Virus record (IMG/VR): IMGVR_UViG_3300021387_000661
Coordinates: 64,001 to 128,000 of that record
Source of the DNA: a virus
Taxonomy: Duplodnaviria; Caudoviricetes
Strand: one strand, 5' to 3'
Length of the DNA stretch: 64,000 bases
Both the position numbers and the translations under genes were made by a program. Each line of letters starts with the position of its first letter. Within the stretch, counting starts at the first letter, position 1. Below, piece by piece: positions 57,899 to 64,000 of the stretch. The notes below the pieces were generated by a model, which did no database searches, was not told the DNA's origin, and saw only the letters and a program-made list of their open reading frames with translations.

Positions 57899-59455
57899 TT
57901 ATTCTTCTCTCCACCTCAAAGTGGTTTCTGGAACACCATCTTTGAATATGTTAAAAACTTGATGGTCTTTCACTATGACAATATCACTATTATTTACAAT
58001 ATAAAAACCATTTCTTAATGTCTGTATGTCTTTTGTGAGGTCATCCAATGTTTTTGTTTCATACTCTGTACTGATAACAGTAGCATCTTTGATACCCCTA
58101 TAATCTTCAATTTTCAAATACTCTTTAGAGACATCTGTTTTGGTTATATATTTATCAGCGACAGCAGTTTTTGTAGGATAAATATTTGATGCTTCTACTT
58201 TTGAAAGAATATTGCTATTAATGTATGCCTTATCATATACACTGTTTTTCTTTGCATAAGCAGCAAGTGTATTGGATAGTGAAGACTGTGTTACATATCC
58301 ATTTAAATCAGATTTCTTTGTATATATATCTTCCTTATCTGATAAATATCTCTGTTCTTCAACCCAGGCCTGTGTTGCAAATCCACTTAAATCTGGAATC
58401 TCTGACTTTTTTGCATAGTTGGATAATGATTGATGTTTGGTGAGATATTTTTTTGATATTACCCAACTTTCTGTGGCAAGACCATCTAATGAAGGAATCT
58501 CATTTTTGGTTGCCAGGTTGGATATGTCAGGAATTTCAGATTTTTTTGCATAATCAGATAATGACTGATGCTTGGTAAGATATTTCTTTGATTCCACCCA
58601 ACTTTCAGAAGCAAGACCATCCAATGAAGGAATCTCATCTTTGGTTGCAAGATTACTGATATCTGGAATCTCTGATTTCTTGGCATAATCATCCAATGAT
58701 TGGTGACTGGTGAGATATTTCTTTGATTCTACCCAACTTTCTGTAGCAAATCCATCTATTGAAGGAATCTCATCTTTAGTTGCCAGGTTGGATATGTCAG
58801 GAATTTCATCTTTGACTACAAAATTAGATACATCAGGAATCTCTGATTTCTTGGCAAAATTAGATACATCAGGAATATCAGATATCTTGGCATAATCATC
58901 CAATGATTGATGATCAGTGAGATAACCCTTTGATTCCACCCAACTTTCTGTGGCAAATCCATCCAATGAAGGAATCTCATCTTTGGTTGCAAGATTACTG
59001 ATATCTGGAATCTCTGATTTTTTGGCATATTTTACATCATTTGTTAATTGTGATACCTTTGTGGGCATTTCAGATTTAAGTGCAAATGAACCTTCTTTGT
59101 CAGATGATATTGTTCCTGTTTCAACATCTATCAATCTATCTTTGATGGCAACAATCTCACCCTTTATACCCAGAATATCATTATTGAGTCTTGCTATTGC
59201 ATCATCATCTGTTATTTTATTGACTGTATCGACAACAACAAGATTGGCTTTTTTAATAAGTGTATTGATTTCATTTTTGGATATATAAGAATGCTCTTTT
59301 AACCAGGTACTTAATGCTTCTGATGAAATATATCCAACATCATTTCTGAATGAACTTATGTTTTTTGGAAGTTCACTTTTCTTTAGATATATACTGGATT
59401 CAGATACAGTATTTACATTTGATGTTGTTTTCTGTTGTGTGTTGTTGTTAACCAT
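57899..59455 (-). CDS. Repeat-rich fibre-like structural protein
   Basis: Tandem ATKDEIPSLDGxATESWVESKKYLTxHQSLxDYAKKSEIPD units; late promoter at 59478-59485. Confidence 0.65.
   Translation of the reverse strand: MVNNNTQQKTTSNVNTVSESSIYLKKSELPKNISSFRNDVGYISSEALSTWLKEHSYISKNEINTLIKKANLVVVDTVNKITDDDAIARLNNDILGIKGEIVAIKDRLIDVETGTISSDKEGSFALKSEMPTKVSQLTNDVKYAKKSEIPDISNLATKDEIPSLDGFATESWVESKGYLTDHQSLDDYAKISDIPDVSNFAKKSEIPDVSNFVVKDEIPDISNLATKDEIPSIDGFATESWVESKKYLTSHQSLDDYAKKSEIPDISNLATKDEIPSLDGLASESWVESKKYLTKHQSLSDYAKKSEIPDISNLATKNEIPSLDGLATESWVISKKYLTKHQSLSNYAKKSEIPDLSGFATQAWVEEQRYLSDKEDIYTKKSDLNGYVTQSSLSNTLAAYAKKNSVYDKAYINSNILSKVEASNIYPTKTAVADKYITKTDVSKEYLKIEDYRGIKDATVISTEYETKTLDDLTKDIQTLRNGFYIVNNSDIVIVKDHQVFNIFKDGVPETTLRWREE
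58340..59030 (-). repeat. Tandem coding repeats (~138-bp units plus 36-bp IPDxSNxAxKxE subunits)
   Basis: Directly visible in DNA and translation. Confidence 0.85.
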
Positions 59456-59524
59456 AGAACAATTTTCTTATTTATAATATTTATGAAGATTTTGTTATAT
59501 TTAGTATATAAAAAATTTTGAGAT

Positions 59525-59878
59525 ATGGATTTACAGGAAAGAATCAATGTACTCACCCAGGGTGTCGAACTCGCACAGAAGGGTGGTGTTTTAACCCTTG
59601 ACGAAGCATATTATGCCAAACAGGCAATTGATGCTTTGAAAAATAATGTTTCTTTGAAACCAGCATTAGAAATTCTTCTCAAGTTGGTTATTGGAGCACA
59701 AAAGAAGGGGGTTTATACATTAAGAGATGCTTATGTACTTTATTTGGCATCAGATAATATTGATAGTGTAATACCTGCTCCACAACCTGCTCCACAACCT
59801 GCTCCACAACCAGAACCTGTAGTAGAGACCACAGCACATCCAGTTGAGAAAAAATCAAGAACAAAAAAAGAGAGTTAA
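59525..59878 (+). CDS. Hypothetical protein with an internal duplication and a PAPQ linker
   Basis: AQKGGVLTLDEAY / AQKKGVYTLRDAY; (cctgctccacaa)x3 at 59774-59809. Confidence 0.7.
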   Translation: MDLQERINVLTQGVELAQKGGVLTLDEAYYAKQAIDALKNNVSLKPALEILLKLVIGAQKKGVYTLRDAYVLYLASDNIDSVIPAPQPAPQPAPQPEPVVETTAHPVEKKSRTKKES

Positions 59879-59893
59879 TTAAAACTCTCTTTT

Positions 59894-61168
59894 TTATTTT
59901 AATGTCTTAAGGTCTTGTTCCCTCTTCTTTTCTGAATCTTCTTTCAACTTGTTTGCTTTGTCAGTAACTTTTTTAAAGACATCTTTTGCATTCTGGATAA
60001 AGTTTGAAGGAACTTTTATGTCTTCATTATTTACAGATTTAAGTTTACCTGATACAATCTCACCAAGTCTGTCAGTGAAATAGTTTCCAGCATCATTACC
60101 TGTCTTGTCATTTAGAGGAAGATTATAACTCAAAGCACCATTTGAAAGGATAGCACATCTTGCCATCAATTCAATCTGTGATTCATCAAACTTACCTGTT
60201 GTTGAACCACACATTCTTACAAATGAATTCATAGAAATACACATTGCCTGGACAGATTGTGCAGGGGTGTCTTTGAATAATTTACTGTCTGCATTCAACT
60301 TGTTATAGAAAGAATCAAGGATGTTGAATGACCTGTCACTCATCTTCAATTCATTTGATCCATTTGTACTTTTGAAGATATGTTTTATACCAAGAAGTAC
60401 ATCATTCTTTGCTGATTCTATGAATTTTGCCTTATCATGGTCTTTGAACAATGCGGAAAGTTTCGCAACTTCCTTATCTCCTGTCACATCTCCTTTTTCT
60501 GGAGTTGCATTTACATTGGTGATAAGAGCTTCTCTTTCTTTCTGTATAGCATCAAGTTGGTCTTTCTGCCATTTCTCCATCTGCTTGTTGCTTTCTTCAC
60601 TCTTCTTCAATGTCTCTGCCTTTTCCTTTTCAAGTTCTTTCTTTACATCATCATCTTTGATGTTTGGAGATATTGCATCATTGATAACAATCTTCATATC
60701 ATCAAGAAGTCTTTGTGACCATTTGAGCATTTGTTCATCATCCCCGGCAATCTCTTTAATTTTCTTCTGGAGTAAATCAAGGTTTTCACGGAGATTGTCA
60801 TTCTTGAACTTCATAGATTTTGCAGGTTTTGGATCCTCACCAGATTCCTTTGCCTTGTTCATCTTAAGTTCATACCAGTCACATGCCATATCAACAAGAG
60901 CTTGACGGATTTGATTGCATTCATCCTTCTTACTCAACTTCATAATTGAATAACCAGTAAGTTTGTCATCAAGTTCTTTATATATAGCAATGATATTAGA
61001 ATCACCTTTAATAGTTTCCCAGTCTTTCTTGAAAAGGTTCTTGGCCATACCAAAAAGAGTCTTAAGAAGACCTTCATTAATCATCTTTAACTCCTCATAT
61101 TGTTTTTGTTCCATCATAGGGTTATATACCTCATTGATGTACTCATCTCTTTTCAAAATCTTATTCAT
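59894..61168 (-). CDS. Helical protein with capsid-targeting-like propeptide
   Basis: MNKILKRDEYINE|V...MINE|GLLKTLFGMAKNLFKK. Confidence 0.7.
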   Translation of the reverse strand: MNKILKRDEYINEVYNPMMEQKQYEELKMINEGLLKTLFGMAKNLFKKDWETIKGDSNIIAIYKELDDKLTGYSIMKLSKKDECNQIRQALVDMACDWYELKMNKAKESGEDPKPAKSMKFKNDNLRENLDLLQKKIKEIAGDDEQMLKWSQRLLDDMKIVINDAISPNIKDDDVKKELEKEKAETLKKSEESNKQMEKWQKDQLDAIQKEREALITNVNATPEKGDVTGDKEVAKLSALFKDHDKAKFIESAKNDVLLGIKHIFKSTNGSNELKMSDRSFNILDSFYNKLNADSKLFKDTPAQSVQAMCISMNSFVRMCGSTTGKFDESQIELMARCAILSNGALSYNLPLNDKTGNDAGNYFTDRLGEIVSGKLKSVNNEDIKVPSNFIQNAKDVFKKVTDKANKLKEDSEKKREQDLKTLK

Positions 61169-62765
61169 TTATGTTTAAAGTTATTTTTGGTAATTTATTT
61201 ACATTTCCTATTTGTGTTGTTCCTAGACCATATGATTTTCCATTGACCATAACAGCACCATTGACACTTAAGTTCCCTGATGGTAAGTTTGAGGTGATTT
61301 CAGAAGGGAGACAAAGTTGTGATTTACCTTTGTTTTTTATGGTCTCCTTACATATTTCTATCCTGTCAATAAGACATTCACTATCTGCATTTATACTAAT
61401 ATCTGACTTGTTACATTTGCTGAAATAAAATTCATATGATTTGAAGTCATCTGTTGAAACTACCTGACTCAAGGAGTTATCATTCACATCAACATATATT
61501 TCACAAGTATCTTCAGATTTTGCATGGATGATAATTTTAACCCCATCTTCAATATTTTTTGATGAAACTATAAGGGTACCATTATTAAAATAAAGGAATC
61601 CGTCACCATCTATATATTTTTGATATACTTCATTTATATATAAGACATTTTCATTACCATAATAATCAAATATCTCCACATCTGAAAATATGGTGTTTAT
61701 ATGGATACCTTCTTCATCAAATTCATCAAGATAAACTATGTCCTCATCTTCAATATCATAATAAGGAACAGGACCGCTACAGTTTGCCTTCAATTTGATT
61801 ATATCATTGTCTTCAAATAATCCAGTATCCTTTCCTATGACAAAACATCTACACCTGTCAGTATTTCCATCCTTCCAACTTATGAACTCATATGTCATAT
61901 CATTATCGGGATCACTATCACCATCAAACCTGTCTGTACTTGGAATACATTTAACAACCATATGATAACCCTCAAGAACATCAACATAATCATGACTGTC
62001 ATCAAATCCATCTTTGTTTCTGTTTGAGATATGATGGTCTATATGGTCATAATTGACATTGAAATGTGAATACATATTTGTAGAATCAGAAACCACATGA
62101 TAAACTTTCCTCGGTCTATAAAGTGCTATTATTGTGGTATCCTCATTGATGGTAAACCTGTATATGTTTTTTGTACTTATAATATTGTCATATATTGTGT
62201 CATCTTCACATTCATCATCATCAAAATCAAATGATGCCCAACCAATGAAGATATGTGTGGAAGTGTCATATGCCGCAACCTCCACTTCAGTACCAGAATA
62301 AAAATCACTTTCCTGGATATTGCTGAATATCTCAGAACTATCATTTTCAACATCCAGCATATATAACTTGAGATAGCACAGATTCTTGTCTTCTGGTGCA
62401 ATTGTATATAGGACAGGATACTCTTCTATCTGTTGTGAAGATATGTTGTCTGGGTATGAAAATGTACCATATGTACAATTATACTGCCCGATTAAATTTA
62501 ATGAAATGGCATCCACATCCCTCAAGTCAACAAGTTCTTTTCCAGATGTGCCCAAATTCTGATCATCATTTTTCAGTTGGTCTGCATATTGCTTCCCTGC
62601 ATAATCGACAATATAGAAATCTAAACAAACATCCTGACCTTTTGTGATTTCTTTCAGACATGGGAAATAAAGAGCATATCCATCTGTACAATATTGTGTA
62701 CCAACATCACAGGAGTTGGTGCCAATATTATATACATTCCTAATTATGTTAGTTGATAAATCCAT
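61161..62765 (-). CDS. Putative structural protein with InlB-B-like repeats
   Basis: HIFIGW..YRFTINEDTTIIALY and YEFISWKDG; late promoter at 62785-62792. Confidence 0.55.
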   Translation of the reverse strand: MDLSTNIIRNVYNIGTNSCDVGTQYCTDGYALYFPCLKEITKGQDVCLDFYIVDYAGKQYADQLKNDDQNLGTSGKELVDLRDVDAISLNLIGQYNCTYGTFSYPDNISSQQIEEYPVLYTIAPEDKNLCYLKLYMLDVENDSSEIFSNIQESDFYSGTEVEVAAYDTSTHIFIGWASFDFDDDECEDDTIYDNIISTKNIYRFTINEDTTIIALYRPRKVYHVVSDSTNMYSHFNVNYDHIDHHISNRNKDGFDDSHDYVDVLEGYHMVVKCIPSTDRFDGDSDPDNDMTYEFISWKDGNTDRCRCFVIGKDTGLFEDNDIIKLKANCSGPVPYYDIEDEDIVYLDEFDEEGIHINTIFSDVEIFDYYGNENVLYINEVYQKYIDGDGFLYFNNGTLIVSSKNIEDGVKIIIHAKSEDTCEIYVDVNDNSLSQVVSTDDFKSYEFYFSKCNKSDISINADSECLIDRIEICKETIKNKGKSQLCLPSEITSNLPSGNLSVNGAVMVNGKSYGLGTTQIGNVNKLPKITLNINE

Positions 62766-62844
62766 ATATAAAATCTATATATGGTATTTATGAAAAAAAG
62801 GAGATGATTGCTCACCCCCCTCTCAATAAAGTTATGGATAATTA

Positions 62845-63558
62845 TTAAGTCCAAAGACTATGGAAATATTCTCTGAATAAATCAAGAGACCTTTCTATGA
62901 TTTTCTCTTCATCATCTGTTCTTTCAGTGTCTTGTGATAGAATTTCAAATCCTTTCAACATCTCCTCAAGTATATTAATCCACTTGTCAAATGTCAGATT
63001 AGATGGATATACACCTATTGTTTTTGTGTCCTCAATAAACACCTTGAGTCTTGGATAAATGAACTTTGCTATTGTACCATCAAGACTCCAGGTCTCTGAA
63101 TCATCAAACCCCCTTTCAAGTCTTTGCTGTGTATATTTTTCCCATCTGCTGTCATCTGCATCAATCAAGGAAAAACACACATTAGGAATACCATATGGAT
63201 CCTTTGATGACACTTCGGGGTCTCTCCTGTCATATGAATAATAGAATTTGGCAATATCATAAGTTCTTACCTGGTCATATTTCAAATCAACTACATATTC
63301 AGAAGAACCTATGGATGGTGTAAGTACTATCAAATCGTTCACCTCCTTGTATAGGTCATATGTGTTTTCATCAGAATGGTTGTGTATATATGACATATAC
63401 AGATTTCTGAAAAATCTTGAATATGCCTTATAATCAAAGAATGTGTACTTTTTCTTTACATTACATTCTTTGACAAGAACATCATCAATTGTGACTTTGA
63501 CAATACCACCATGATTGAAAAACTCAAGTGGTGTAAGTTCATCCAATATTACTTCCAT
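62845..63558 (-). CDS. Hypothetical phage protein
   Basis: 237-aa ORF ending RGFDDSETWSLD...LDLFREYFHSLW; middle-type motif at 63583-63594 (-). Confidence 0.7.
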   Translation of the reverse strand: MEVILDELTPLEFFNHGGIVKVTIDDVLVKECNVKKKYTFFDYKAYSRFFRNLYMSYIHNHSDENTYDLYKEVNDLIVLTPSIGSSEYVVDLKYDQVRTYDIAKFYYSYDRRDPEVSSKDPYGIPNVCFSLIDADDSRWEKYTQQRLERGFDDSETWSLDGTIAKFIYPRLKVFIEDTKTIGVYPSNLTFDKWINILEEMLKGFEILSQDTERTDDEEKIIERSLDLFREYFHSLWT

Positions 63559-63667
63559 AGTACTAATTAATTCTTATGAAATAAAAATAACAAAAAGTTA
63601 TTTGAATTTTTTTTTAGTGATATACAAATGGGCCAAACATTATTTTGTTATATTTAATGTGTTAATT

Positions 63668-64000
63668 ATGGATAAATGTAGATACATAGAATTATTTGCT
63701 GGTGTGGGTGGCTTCCATGTTGGACTTGACAGGTCTGACAAGGATTTTTATAAGTGTGTGATGGCAAACCAGTGGGAACCAGGTGCTAAAGACCAATTTG
63801 CAGCAAATATATACAGGAAGAGATTTCCCAATGATTTGTTGGTAAATGATGATATTTGTAAGGTTTCTGGGAAAGACTTGGAAGCAGACCTTATGGTTGG
63901 AGGATTTTGCTGTCAGGATTACAGTGTAGCAAACAATAAATCAAGAGCATTAGGTATTGAAGGAAAGAAAGGTGTTCTCTGGTGGGAAATCATTAGACTC
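63668..64000 (+). CDS. C5-cytosine DNA methyltransferase, partial (M.Sau3AI-like)
   Basis: Hand-translated MDKCRYIELFAGVGGF...ANQWEP...DLMVGGFCCQDYSVA...GIEGKKGVLWWEII; runs off the right end. Confidence 0.85.
   Translation, partial: MDKCRYIELFAGVGGFHVGLDRSDKDFYKCVMANQWEPGAKDQFAANIYRKRFPNDLLVNDDICKVSGKDLEADLMVGGFCCQDYSVANNKSRALGIEGKKGVLWWEIIRL

Noticed and set aside
409-63241. Many short opposite-strand or nested ORFs in the track (e.g. 409-669, 1026-1466, 35805-36335, 60321-60905)
   Set aside because: They are shadows of longer motif-bearing genes, with S/F/I-rich antisense composition and no promoter motifs.
1-64000. tRNA, rRNA or tmRNA genes
   Set aside because: Intergenic gaps are short and AT-rich; no cloverleaf or T-loop consensus was recognised. 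A tRNAscan/Infernal run would be needed to exclude them formally.

Overview
AT-rich, densely coding segment of a T4-like (myovirus-type) jumbo/megaphage read in the standard genetic code. The host is probably a Bacteroidota: two exact TTTG-N20-TATCTTTG promoters are present and there are no evident Shine-Dalgarno sites. Morphogenesis genes: tail tube, tail sheath, portal, prohead protease fused to scaffold, major capsid, fibre-like proteins. Replication/recombination genes: UvsX, gp41 helicase, gp47, RuvC-like, exonucleases. Also MetK, Dam, a partial Sau3AI-like C5 methylase, PhoH, GroES and four related free-standing nuclease (homing-endonuclease-like) genes. Three promoter classes can be read from the sequence. 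The most striking signal is an apparent capsid-cargo system. Many late genes carry T4-like capsid-targeting propeptides ending in (L/I/V)-x-E. A conserved ~22-aa tag, E|S(I/V)W(N/G/S)DIR(R/K)RGxGxDxKxED, occurs 10 times: at the N-terminus of unrelated genes, and as the junction between modules of two polyproteins. The longer polyprotein ends in a near-copy of the major capsid protein's predicted mature N-terminal arm. Other candidate packaged cargo includes a MoxR-AAA/metallopeptidase/vWA cluster, a RimK/RimB-like pair and a small hydrophobic peptide. All functional calls come from motif recognition by eye; no database searches were run.
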